DNA of 60,300 nt, counting the filler, from Sphacelaria rigidula (Eukaryota): assembly GCA_964200075.2 (NCBI GenBank). It is 7 parts of 7 records of this genome, joined end to end, with 100 filler letters (N's around TTAATTAATTAA, not from the genome) between each part and the next. Parts side by side here need not be neighbours in the genome. Positions count along the whole stretch, not along the records: positions 1 to 8,530 come from CAXNAA020010875.1; positions 8,631 to 17,159 come from CAXNAA020010876.1; 5 more parts are not named here. One strand, written 5' to 3'. Position numbers and translations under genes: made by a program. The notes below the pieces were generated by a model. The model was given only the letters and a program-made list of their open reading frames with translations. It did no database searches and was not told the origin of the DNA. Below are positions 1 to 11,245 of this stretch, in pieces. Within the stretch, counting starts at the first letter, position 1, and each line of letters opens with the position of its first letter.

Positions 1-220
1 TATGAAAGTCATTTGTCTTGAATTTGGGTCAGGAAAAGCACGGCTTTTGAGTTGAACCTCATTTTTTTTCAACCCCATTTTCGAGAATCGGCTGTTGGAT
101 GGTGTACATTCCGCGCGAGAGTTCACCATCGGAAGAATACGGAAACAAATACGCCCTGAAAATACCTGAATTTCTGAAATGCAGAAATGACCCGTGCGCA
201 CACTCAATGCACCCATGCAC

Positions 221-259
221 CTCGATGCGGCGGTCCAGGAGAGCCGGTACCAGTTCTCC
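221..259 (-). CDS. Short FMO exon (GELVPALLDRRIE)
   Basis: Acceptor tctacccccag, donor GAG|gtgcat. Continues IDK-G...IEV as in FMOs. Confidence 0.7.
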
Positions 260-3200
260 CTGGGGGTAGACACCACCAAAGTCGCAGATACGTGAGAAGT
301 ATGCGTATGGTTTGTACAGGTATCGTCAAGTATTTTGAAATTCCACACCAGAATACATGAAAAACTATCTTCAAGATATTTTTCACGCCGGTCATGACTT
401 CGACGTGCAGAGCCAAGCAACGTGCTGAAAAACGGGCAGCGCTGTGCTGGTAGTGTACAACGCGTGGCGGCTGCCTCCAAATCAGACGCCAACTCAATAG
501 CAGGAGTGCTATGCACGCAGCCATGTCTTGCCTTGTCGATGCACGGTACTCGCCCGGACGAGCGAGCCTGCCAGGTCTGTCGCAAGCCCTTCGGAAAAGC
601 ACGGTGCCTCCAGTTCTTTCCCCATCTCGCCATGCCAAACGCCACTAAAACACTGTCCACGAATTTCGAGGGCAGGTACTGTATCGACCTGTTGGGGTGT
701 CCGACATATCAGGACAATCACCGCCGTCACAAACACCTCAAACAAGGCAAAGAGCGGATGTGACAACATCACGTGTGTGCATGGCCTTGTGATTTGATTT
801 CACGTCTGCTAGCACTCCTACTGATGTCATGATTTACTACCGGTTCCCGTCAAAATAGCGTAACTTTTCGTCGGCCAATAAACACAACCCAACGGTTGCA
901 CTGACAAATCACAGCGGCGTGCGATCGGACCGCGTCAGAACACGCTGGCGCACCTGGAAACCCACTCCAGCGATAGAGGACCCCACTGTCGCATGATAAT
1001 AGGGGGTGCCGATCGCGTGGATATGTAAACCTTTCCAGCTCCGTACTCCAGCAAGGCTGCCACGTAGGGGTAGGGCATACAAGGGCAATCGTGGGGCCCG
1101 AAGGGAGACTTGGGGTAGGCGGAGGTGGGTATGTATACCCATCTTGCAAAAGATTCAATTCCCGTTCATACTGATGGGGACTGTAAAAAACATGGTGAGG
1201 TACGAGAAATAAAAACGTGGTCGAACGCATGAGGCAAATATCACAAAAAAACGTAAGCATGAGCACTATGACACGGTGTGCATGCTTGTCGCACATCAAC
1301 TGATCTTCGACAGATCCAGGCGTAGTGACACGATTGACATGCCCAAGGCCAGACGAAAAGTGGTACAAGGTATACAAATCACAAGCGGGCGGCAGCCAAG
1401 CGTGTACCTCTTTTTGGACTGACCATTGCGCGGGTACAACACAGCCAACGCTCCCCCCGACGCTGCAAGGTCAGCAGCATTGCAAATAACATGCTTCTTT
1501 ATTAGCTTGTCTATTTTCATGAAAGGCGGAGCGAGTCCCTTTCACCCACCCGCCCACCTCCTGCATTCCTCACCTAGAGCAAGGTCGCAAGCGCTGTTGC
1601 CCATGCCGACGATGCACACTTTCCGACGGGCCAACGCCGATATTCCCGATACCTTGCTGGAGTGGACGACCTCGCCGGAAAACGTGCCCAGGGTGCGTAG
1701 AATGTCCGATGGTACAGCTGGAGAGGCGTTTTTACCCGTTGCTACCACAATATGGGTACACCGTACCACGCTGATCGTGGCAGCACCGCCGGGAACGCTT
1801 GCTCTGTTCTCAACGGTAAGCGCATTGCGAGAAGCAGTCAAAGATACGCCGAAGTAGAGTCAACACACCGATCCACAACTTCTGCAGAACCCGTATCCAA
1901 ACGTGCACCTCCGTCGCAGTTGGTGCAAAAAGTCATCATTTTTTCAAGAGTCGTTGTCATAAGAAGTGCATAATTTTGGACATAATTCACCCACCACTAT
2001 GACAGGAAATGGACTCTTCACGGTGCTGAAGCTCACAGGTGTGAAATAAAAGAATCTCAGCAGCAGTCTCCCGTCGTGAATCTTACACCCTATCCTCACA
2101 GTTGGACCGGAGGAAAATCGAACTCATTTTTTTTTTGTAGCTTTCGGGTTGAAAAATTCGAAAGATGATTTTTTAAACGGTACATTGGATGGAGAGCGCT
2201 GCTGGGTTACTGAGGTTGAGTTCAAACTCACCATACGTGTACCGTACATTCAGTACAATGCAGTACGCCGAGTACAACTCGCTGACAGTTACAAAACGCG
2301 AAGTGCAGTGTATTCATCATTTCATTATGGTGAACAGGACCATAAGTTGTGTGCTTCAAAAAACGTCAGGGTCACCCACATCACAAATATGTGCAAGCGT
2401 CATGGTCGGTCAGCCGTGCTCAGCGGTATACCAGTGACTCACAGTGTCGATAACACACTCCGTACACACAACAGGCGGAAGCTACCGAGGATTTCGCGGT
2501 ACTCTGTACATGAAAAGTTGTAGACAGTACAGTGCCGTAATGTACGGACTGCAAACTGCGCTGTGCGGTGATTCGTACTAAACTGCGCTGGCTGAAGGAT
2601 ATTCTGTGCTGACTATACTGACCGCACAATACGCAAGACAGTAGGGATTAAAGGAATATGTGGAAAAACTCCAAGTTGATCAGCCCAGGGGCCCCGAGGT
2701 CATAGTCATTTTTCGACCCCACAGCACGTGATCGTCATCATTAAATCACACTAGTTGTCTCATGTAGCTCAAGTCTCAAACTGCCATATACATTGTTTAC
2801 CAGGGCGCCCCAACTTTTTTGGTAACTCGTGCGCTGAACGTCGTGGACTAATTCCCATCATTTCAACCTGTGCCAACGCTACAGCTAGGAACCTTCCTGG
2901 CGACATTCATGATATCCTCGCTTCAACATTTTCTCAGATAACGAAAAACACGCACAAGGTCAGCCTGATATCTATTCTCAGCCACTTTTTGCTCGGCCCT
3001 TCGGAACACCACAGCTCCCCCCCCCCTGCCGGAATAACGTGAACACATCTGTGCTGTGCCCCAAAAGCCACATCTGCGGAAGATGGCCGAAATGGTACCC
3101 TCTTGACTGCGGGTCTGAAATATATCCGTTGCACTTTTTTTCGTCCAAGGTAAACCAACCGCAACGGAGGTGCGTGCTCGTGCAGCGTTCGCACTATTTC

Positions 3201-6200
3201 GACGCACTTGGCTTCCTTCCGCAGGAGCACCTTACTCCCCCGTTCAAGCGCTTAGCGCGTGGCATAAGAACTCCGAGTGATGGTGCGACTACAGGCTTGG
3301 GGGTTCGTGTGGGAGCTACTTCGGCAAATACGCGCAACTGATCGACGACTGAGCGACAATGTGACCTAGCAATACCTTCGAATTTGGAGACGTATACCAC
3401 CGTGTACCCGATTGAACGCTCCTTCACCATCCGCATGCTCTTGCTCGGCACTCAAAACCTCGGTGTCCGTTGCGACATCCAGGTCGAAACGTCGGCAGTA
3501 GCCCGTCAAGTATCTGTGGGAACAAATGCCGACGAATCGCGACCCTTGTGGAGTTCACCAGCACAGCAATCATACGCGCAAAGTCTCCACACGAGCAACA
3601 ACCCCTGTGAAAGTTCTGGCTACTCTCAACGTCGGAGATACTCCTATGAGGACAAATGAGCCACTCGCCTGAGAAAATCCGGCGCTGATAGCTCCCCGTC
3701 CCCTCTCTCGCAAAACCCCTCTTTAGGCACAGGCCACCCCGGCAAGCCGCAGTGCTTGTGCCGGGTGGTGATTTTGAGTCCCTCGTACTGTGCTGCCCAC
3801 GAGCCTCCCACGCTGCTAGATCTGCCGAAGGAGGGAAATGTCGTCCGGGATTCGCTTTAAACTGTTGATAGTCGCTAGAGTCCGACAGCTGGTAAAAATA
3901 CAGAACTTCCGGCGACCGAACGTTGACGTCACTAGGTATCGTGTGCGCTTGCGAGGGCTATGACCACGGCAGGAGTGGTTACCACTTGGCGCTGTGCGAT
4001 ATTGAGACACGTGTCGAGACTCGTCGGTACAGGATGTCCATGGCGTTTTCATGGCTCATGGGGGGAAAGGGGCGAAGCCATGAACCTAAAGGTGAATCGG
4101 ATTGTACAGAATAGGTTTACTCGTACACCGGTACGTGATGCGGGAGACCTGCGTGTGTATGGAAATTGTGCAGCAAACTCGGCGTGTGGAATGTTCGTGA
4201 GTGAAATGGAATCGGTAGGCCAAAAAAAGAGAGACACGGGAGAGAAAATGGCGAAGTATCGACGACTAAAGAGTCACATACTTTCAACGGATCGCTGCGA
4301 ATCATCCGTTTTCTTCAATTTTTTTCGAGACTTATGCAACAACAGATCGCGGGAAACAATCGGATACACGAAGACAGAAGATGAGATAGGGCACTTTTGA
4401 AAAGTATTTGATGAACGCTTCGGCTTTTCGAGCAAAAGTGCAGACTTTGCGCCATTTTTTCGCACATTGTTGATATCTTCTCAACGAACCAAACCTCAGA
4501 TCAACGGTGAACAGCAGGATGCGTAGGGAACACTTGTGATAAAAATAATTGCTCTAGCGTCGAGCAATGCCCATTTATTTATCACTTTTACCCTGTGAAA
4601 AGTGTTGAGCATTTCTGAAAAAACAAATCTTGCCCACTGTTGCAACCCTTGCCACAAATTATCGCACAGCTTGACACAGCAAGTAACGCCGAAGTCGTGC
4701 AAAAATCCCGCGATCAAATTTATCGTTCTGGCATCGACTTCATGTCTGTCCGCTATTTTTATACCTGTGGGATACTTTCGATCGCCTGAGGCACAGGTGC
4801 CACACTATTTGATGGGGAAAAGTGCAGTAAACTCCTCTTTTCAACGATTTTACGAGCAAACGGTGGGATATATGATCGTATGGATAAGGGCGCCGCACTT
4901 TTAAGGCTGCAGTTTGAGAATAAATAAACAGTTGTTCCGAGCAATGTCTAACTAGCTGACGCTCCAGTATGCTACTGAAGTAGCCAATTTTCCCGCTGGT
5001 CGAATTTAGACTTCCATCTCGGCCCTCGAGTTTCAAGAATCCTCAGACGTCCGAATCATTCGTATTGTTTCAGACTTTGGACGGAATTGGTTGTGCGTGC
5101 TGGTCCTGTCACCTAGCTTGTCAAATGCCCCGAAAATGCAGACGCCCTATTTTGGGTTGCCTATTTTGATTCATTCACCACAAGCGCAGTACCCACGATG
5201 GAGCCCAAGACGTACATTGTCGGATAGCTATGGATCCCTCACGTTCCAGCGGCCCTAGCAACGTCTTCATCGCGATCATCTGCATCTCGACGTCTGCCTC
5301 TACGTGCATTACTTAAACGCCGGAAGCTGAGAGGGGAGGGGGGCGCACTCAATAGTTGCTTGCCTTAGTTATTTGATCACCAAACACGCATCCCTTTCGA
5401 GATGGAGCACCATTCCTACCCGGAAACTGACTAGGAATCGCTGAAAATTCAATGCTTTTGGAACGAATTGGGTCGTACCTGTAGTATTGAGTAGACCGCC
5501 GCTGGAGTATGACAATGTACAGTAGCACTCACCTCTCGAGGAGTAGCACGTCATGCTCTCCGCGCCTCTTCAAGCAAGCAGCAGCACTCAACCCGCTCGC
5601 GCCGGCACCAACGACCACCACTCGGCAAAACTCCGGAAACGAGGATGGCGCAGGTTGACTAACCGCGTCAGTCACACCACTAGCTTGCTGGTTCTCCGTT
5701 GAGGTGGAGAATGACAGGTTACCGCTGTCGCCCCAAACAGGCAATGGGGGCCACACCGCTGATGAAACGCGTGGGTCCGTGATGCCCGTGGCATCACGGG
5801 ATGGCTGGGTGCGTTTGGGACTGTGGGGGATTGTGAAGCCGCATACCCTGGAAGCTCGGAGGGTGACGTCCATACGCGTCACGTCCACTTTGCCGATCTC
5901 ATGGTGCGTCCAGCCCATGCTGCGGTGCACCACGGCGGCCGCGTGGCAAGCATACACCTTCGCGCCGTAGGATGGGGTAGCGAAGCCGCAATTCAATTGT
6001 ATTGATTGTCATTTTCTCGCCAAATTTCCAAGCACTGTAGATGGGGATAGCTGTGCTTGCAGGCACATAGCACTCTAGTCGCGTTTGCTCAGAAATTCGT
6101 GTGTGGTGGTTGGAGCTGCAGGTGTGACACTTGCGGCTCATCATGATCCCGAATTTGAGCGATATCGTGGAGGTGTAAGCAACACAATGGTCGTAGTGGG

Positions 6201-7467
6201 ATACAGGAAATGAAACGGGCGTTACTGCGCCGCAGCGAGATGTACTTGCGCACGTGTTCAGGAAACTCCACGTGACGAGGCCGTAAAATTTCCTCCATGA
6301 GGGTTTTTAAGGTGCGTTGGTACGTATTGAGGCAGACATTGTAACGAATAGGTTGTGCGTGGGATTTTCACGAGTTGCACTGTACTCAGTACTTGCATGC
6401 TCGCCGCTGTTAATGTGAGTTGATGTCCACGAACATTATCGGCGGCTCCGTGACGTTACCCGGGGTACACTGCAGTATAATACTCTACTCTCCAGTATGA
6501 ATCTCAATCGACGGGTCATGTGCTCCCGTTCTTTTGTTTACTGTAGCTCTGCGAACCTCTACTTTCCATGGCCTGATACTAAAACGTGGCACGGTTCTCC
6601 CGTAGCATCCGTCACTAACATCAAGTTTGTTGCAGAGGAAGGATGTAGGTGTTCATGGACGCGTTGTCAAAAACTCGACGTCCACTTTTGCGCGCACTCT
6701 ACCGCGGCTGAAGGTTGTCGGTTTGGAGTTGTCTACAGGTGAGTAGTTGCACAGGTCTCATCTTACAGCTGTACAAAGTATACTATTACGGCGATGACAA
6801 GTAAACGATCGAAGCATTACATAAAAACGTCAGCCCTTGAATGTACGACCGCTACGTCGGCACAGTAAGCTGCTGTCTGTGCTGGGCAGTATCCACGACG
6901 AGACGAAATTGAACCAGCACACGACGTGTGATCATGCGAGACTTCTCATTAGTTAGTCGCTTGCGTGTGATCGACGCGTGGGGCTACCACTCTATGCGTA
7001 TACACGTACATGCCGTCATACAAACACTCAGTCTAGTAGTTTTCCAGGCCCTCATACTTAGCATGTATACACCGGGAATTTGACAGCTTCCAAAAAGGAC
7101 GTCAACCAATTGAACATATAATCGATATAACCTCCCAATAGCCACCCTCAGGTTCTTTCAACAACCGTTCGGAAAGGAACGTTGACCAACGCCGCAAATG
7201 TCTACTCTCCGACGTGTTCGAAGTTGGTTTGGCACAAGCTAGAAGCAAACCGTCATGTCGCCAAGGTCCCACAACGCACCTATCGGGTCATGTGTATGAC
7301 AACACACCTCATCATGCGGAAGCAACACGTGGAACTGCCGCGGAGTGCAAGCAGTCTCCTCCAACCTCAAAATGCCGCCGCTGGCGACGGTGACGTCGGG
7401 ACGGTATCCCTCGAGCGGACACGGGACGGCGAACACGACGGCTGAAGCATTCAGTGGCAAATGTTGC
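221..7467 (-). CDS. Partial multi-exon gene: WAX2 C-terminal (CER1/CER3-like) domain fused to a class-B flavin-containing monooxygenase (YUCCA-like FMO)
   Basis: Hand-spliced exons 7467-7308, 5957-5533, 3821-3669, 3513-3376, 1803-1574, 1056-954, 688-532 and 259-221 (1405 nt) are all phase-compatible with no stops. WAX2_C-like segment: VFAVPCP...[36 protein letters not shown]...GF. FMO motifs: GAGASG (FAD), ER-SSSVGGSW, VVATG, FSGEVVHSSK, GMGNSA (NADPH), TRS, GRVPCIDKG. No start or stop codon was found; the ends probably lie off the contig. Confidence 0.9.
532..688 (-). CDS. FMO exon (SIQYLPSKFVDSVLVAFGMARWGKNWRHRAFPKGLRQTWQARSSGRVPCIDK)
   Basis: Acceptor acaccccaacag, GC donor AAG|gcaaga. 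Resembles the LP...VD...G...GKTPVLDVG segment of YUCCA-type FMOs. Confidence 0.82.
954..1056 (-). CDS. FMO exon (ALLEYGAGKVYISTRSAPPIIMRQWGPLSLEWVSR)
   Basis: Acceptor ctacgtggcag, donor AG|gtgcgc. Phase 1-2 fits both neighbours; contains the RS NADP(H) 2'-phosphate site. Confidence 0.85.
1574..1803 (-). CDS. FMO exon with ATG motif, FMO signature and NADPH-binding motif
   Basis: ASVPGGAATISVVRCTHIVVATGKNASPAVPSDILRTLGTFSGEVVHSSKVSGISALARRKVCIVGMGNSACDLAL; donor G|gtgagg. Confidence 0.9.
3376..3513 (-). CDS. FMO exon (YLTGYCRRFDLDVATDTEVLSAEQEHADGEGAFNRVHGGIRLQIRR)
   Basis: Acceptor tttgttcccacag, donor AG|gtattg. Has the YLxxYxxxF FMO helix; phase 2-2. Confidence 0.85.
3669..3821 (-). CDS. 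FMO exon (SSSVGGSWAAQYEGLKITTRHKHCGLPGWPVPKEGFCERGDGELSAPDFLR)
   Basis: Acceptor tttccctccttcggcag, GC donor AG|gcgagt. The GGxW..xY..L pattern is typical of FMOs. Not in the ORF track. Confidence 0.88.
5533..5957 (-). CDS. Fusion exon: end of WAX2_C (5957-5826), ~66-aa linker, start of FMO Rossmann fold (from 5627)
   Basis: One uninterrupted frame VYACH...GFTIP-linker-CRVVVVGAGASGLSAAACLKRRGEHDVLLLER. Donor AG|gtgagt. Confidence 0.9.
7308..7467 (-). CDS. Exon of WAX2-FMO gene (WAX2_C domain: QHLPLNASAVVFAVPCPLEGYRPDVTVASGGILRLEETACTPRQFHVLLPHDE)
   Basis: Acceptor ...ttttcccccgtgcacgctgccaccacag, donor GAG|gtgtgt. Joins VYACH in phase 0. An alternative acceptor at 7441 is possible. Confidence 0.8.
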
Positions 7468-8530
7468 CTGTGGTGGCAGCGTGCACGGGGGAAAACGCAA
7501 CCGAGCGGATAACCGACGGCGTGAGAACCGTAAGCAGGATAAGTTACTCTGTGGTGCTCCGCAGTCAACGGGGTCTCGTATCGAACATAATCCGGGGCCG
7601 CGTGGACACACGCCTTGAATCGCCCCGAACCATGGGAGCAGTTGAACAGCTCATTTGAAACGTACGAGTCGCAAGCAAACGCATGCGACCTGTGCTGTCC
7701 AATGAAGTTGATCAACGACACGACTTGATACCTGTCACGTGATCACTGCATCCAGTACCGTTGCACTACAACTGCCAGTTCTAGGTTATTTAATGCCATG
7801 TTGGAGTTTAGGGTTGTTCCTTACTCAGCCTCACGTTCTTCGACACCTACCGAAAAGCAGGACGAAGTCTGTATATTACAGTCGGATCAGACGGAGTCGG
7901 TGATTTCTTGCCCGCGATAATACTATCGCTCCCACCCCTCGCCGACGTCGTTGTTAGCGTAGTACCGTGTTGGAAACAAATATCCCGGCGTTCAGGGCAT
8001 GGAGGGGATGCTAAAGCAGCACCCTCGGGCTAGCCTTTCTTTGGAACGCGTCTCCCGATACCACCCCGCACATAGTTGAAATGCTTGTTGTGCTGATGGT
8101 CATGCACGTTTGTGATATAGTGGTGCCCCCACTTCACGGAGGTGGAAAATCGGCTGAAACTGTTACATCCCTGGGAGATGAGGCCCCATCCACTGCAAGG
8201 TCGAGTGCCATTTGAAGGCAGTCAATTTTCTGCTTGCACTGTACCGCCTTGAATTGGAGCTCCCAATGTATCGTGGTACGGCACTACTGTTGTATATCGG
8301 CATCCGCGTGGCCCATATTTTGCTTGTGGAATGGAGGATCATGGTGGTTACGTAGCTAGCCAGACGAGCCAAGATCGCAAAACTGTCTGGAGAGTGATGC
8401 CGCGATAGCCCCCCCCCCCCACCTCCGTTTCCGCTCCGTTCCGTCTCGAAAGGGATGCGTGGTCAATGGTCAAACGACTAAGGCAAGCAACAAATGAGTA
8501 CGCCCTCCCCCCCCTCCCCCATCATGATAG

Positions 8531-8630
8531 NNNNNNNNNNNNNNNNNNNNNNNNNNNNNNNNNNNNNNNNNNNNTTAATTAATTAANNNNNNNNNNNNNN
8601 NNNNNNNNNNNNNNNNNNNNNNNNNNNNNN
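8531..8630. other. Artificial contig spacer N44-TTAATTAATTAA-N44
   Basis: 100-bp N block with a central linker containing stops in all six frames. Confidence 0.98.
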
Positions 8631-10380
8631 GTGACCTCCCTCGGGTTCTGGTCAAGTAGCATCGTCATGGAAGCACAACAGACAGGGATGATGCACAGAA
8701 AGGACCTCGTTTATCAGCGGTTGCTATCGACCGTCACCGGTCCAAATAACACAGTTTTAGGCTTCAGCGCGATGAGTAGGTAGAAAGTCAATCATATAAT
8801 CATCCATTTTCATTTGTTGACGAGAACGAGCAGGACTCCTTCAATCGAGCAAAAATACCCAATGGTCAAAACCTGGGCCTGGGGCTAGGTAGTTGAAGGA
8901 CCCCAGAAAACCGTTCAGCCCCTACGCCGTGGGGTACTGAGTGCACAGATGATTTTGTTTCGGGATGTGGAGCGGATACGTGGTATTTCTCGATCCCCAA
9001 ACTTTGGAACCGAAAGTCCACTGGGATGAGCAGTCGCACGCGGGAACACTAGTGAAATCCGCCGACTACGAAACAATTGCAATGGATCCCTTATTCCAGC
9101 TGCAAACTACTGTAGTCCACCTGTGGGGGAACATGGTGACCATTCTGATAGCCGTGAGTGGTGAAAATGGTCACTCCGTTCCTCTCGGGCCTCGCTCCTG
9201 GCTTGGAAATTCCCGTGGGAACTTCCAAACACACATGGTCGGTTTGGTGAGCTGTTCGGCTGTTTTTCGGCTGTTCTGCGCACAGGCCCCCACCCCCTGT
9301 AAAAAAACACCCCCTCGCCCCCCTGGAAACTCCCGGATGTCTCTGGACTCAGCCTGTGTAACTGCTCCGAGGCGACGCTCGCTGTCTCAGGGTTCGTTTT
9401 ATACCAAGAGGTTACTTGATTTAGGAATAGGGGGGGGAAGTTACTTGAACTGAGTAAAGGTAAACCAGGGCACTTGATCTTTGACTAGCTGAGGCGATTG
9501 TGCTTGCGCCACATGAGTATTTTTTGGCCTAGTTTCCGCTGCATTCGTGCAAGCAACATAACTGTGTGCTTCCAGCCGGCAGTACAACGAGTACTGTACT
9601 GACTACGGTTCGGATTACGCCTCGGCAGGGCTGGAATACCCGCGATCTATCCGTGAAATTGCAACGCTTACTTTGTCTTATTCTGAAACCAGTGAAATGG
9701 TAAAAAAACTCCGCGAAATTGGGACCACGCGGCTGTCGGACAAAGCTGAAGATATACACGCGGGAGTAAGACAGGTTGTAAGTTGCAGGTTGATCATGAT
9801 GCAAGACAACAGCAACCGCCGCCGTCGTCATCAGATTGTCGTGGTAGCCGGCTCGAAAGTCTGGTACTGTCTGTTAGGGGACGTTGCCCCCATCCCAAAC
9901 AGCGTCACGGTGGTCCTTGGCACAAAACGCTGTTCTCTGTGGGTCAGCCGTACGCCCGCGTCTTGCGCGGAACGGCGTGTAACACCCAAGGGCATCTACC
10001 TCTAAGATATGACGAACCCTTACTGGTGGTTGTGTCCTGTGTTGATGCAAGCGTTGACTGATAAGCGGCCGATCTAAACGACACCGCTGGCAAGATCTGC
10101 CACTGCCTCCGCGCGGACTTGATTAGGTTCCCCCGACGGTTGTCATCAAAAAGCGAGAAGTGTTCCGAAAGAGCTCCAGCATCATGCATAATCATCCTTT
10201 CAACCCACGCAGGCAGGGAATGTCTTGGGTCGCCAGAACTACTGCGTCAACACCAACCTGTGACTCGATGCTGTACATACGTGGAAGTATCAGCATCATC
10301 AGACGCCAGGCGCGCTGTGGTTGGGCGCCTAGCCTTCAAAGCTACCGCCTACATATTGTTGAAAATAAAGAACGCTTGTA

Positions 10381-10719
10381 GGTCGCCCCGGTGGCTCAGT
10401 TGGTGACCTGGAAACCTTCTGACGGTTGGGTCATGGGTTCGAATCTCGGAGCGATCTCGGATTATTTCTCATGCCCAACAGTGGAGAGCGACTATGTCGT
10501 GGGCACAAAAAACACGACTCCACGGTCGACGAGTGGAAGGGGCTGCTGAACCCCTCTCGAGATAAAAAATGAAAGGCAAGCACCGCAGAAGGAAGGTGGA
10601 ATACCAAAATGAAATAAAAAAAGGAAAAACTCCTGTGTTGATCTTCCCCCGCTGGTGCGCCCACATATGCCGAAAGGTGAAGACCGGCGTCCAGAATAGA
10701 TCGGACGACAACACACACA
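10381..10719 (+). mobile_element. tRNA-derived SINE, family 1 (full length)
   Basis: Head ggtcgccccggtggctcagttggt (A box), aacc-TTCTGAC-ggtt anticodon-like arm, ggttcgaatct (B box). Body shared with three other copies; (AC)n-type tail. Confidence 0.85.
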
Positions 10720-11245
10720 TACTGCAAAACAAGTTTTTGAGTGATCAAAATCGTCCACGAACAAAGGGCAATTTCAAGAACAAAAGGCGACCGAGAGTAT
10801 GTCTCCCGGCCCACCAGGGGGCGCGGCGGGTGGTGAGGGTCCAGGACTAATTGTTCTTGCAAATCCTTCGGTGTTCCTGGTTGTGCTCCTATACATGCCT
10901 ATGTTCTATTTTGTCCTGTAGTGTCATCTCTTCCGTAATTTTCTTCTCCGCTCTCTTCCTCTCCTTCTCCCTTTCTCTTGCTCCGTTCCTCTCGGCATTT
11001 TCGAAGATGGGGGCTGGAATTCCGACGTGACATTTATATCATCAATACACGGAAAGTGGCGGAAGCAGCGAAGAAAAAAAATTGGAGTGTTTTGAAATTC
11101 ACGAAAAAATGCCATGAAATGATGCAGAAGAAGAAAAAACGCTGGCTGCCTTCGTGAACAAGTTCCAGGTTGCACACAAAGGCCCCGTCAAACGTCCGGC
11201 GCAAAACTCGTAAAGTTCAGGCAGGAATTACACTTTATCAAGGGT

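Noticed and set aside
1803-5533. Direct splice LLER|ASVPGG giving an internally deleted FMO
   Set aside because: Two intervening phase 2-2 exons (3821-3669 and 3513-3376) supply the missing conserved FMO region.
7700-8530. Further upstream WAX2 or fatty-acid-hydroxylase exons
   Set aside because: No convincing exon found by eye; the 5' part of the gene probably lies on another contig.
8575-8586. TTAATTAATTAA motif recurring every ~8.63 kb
   Set aside because: It is an assembly linker embedded in N runs, not biological.
10381-10455. Possible tRNA-Gln gene
   Set aside because: It is the head of a multi-copy SINE; the acceptor stem is degenerate and no Pol III terminator follows.
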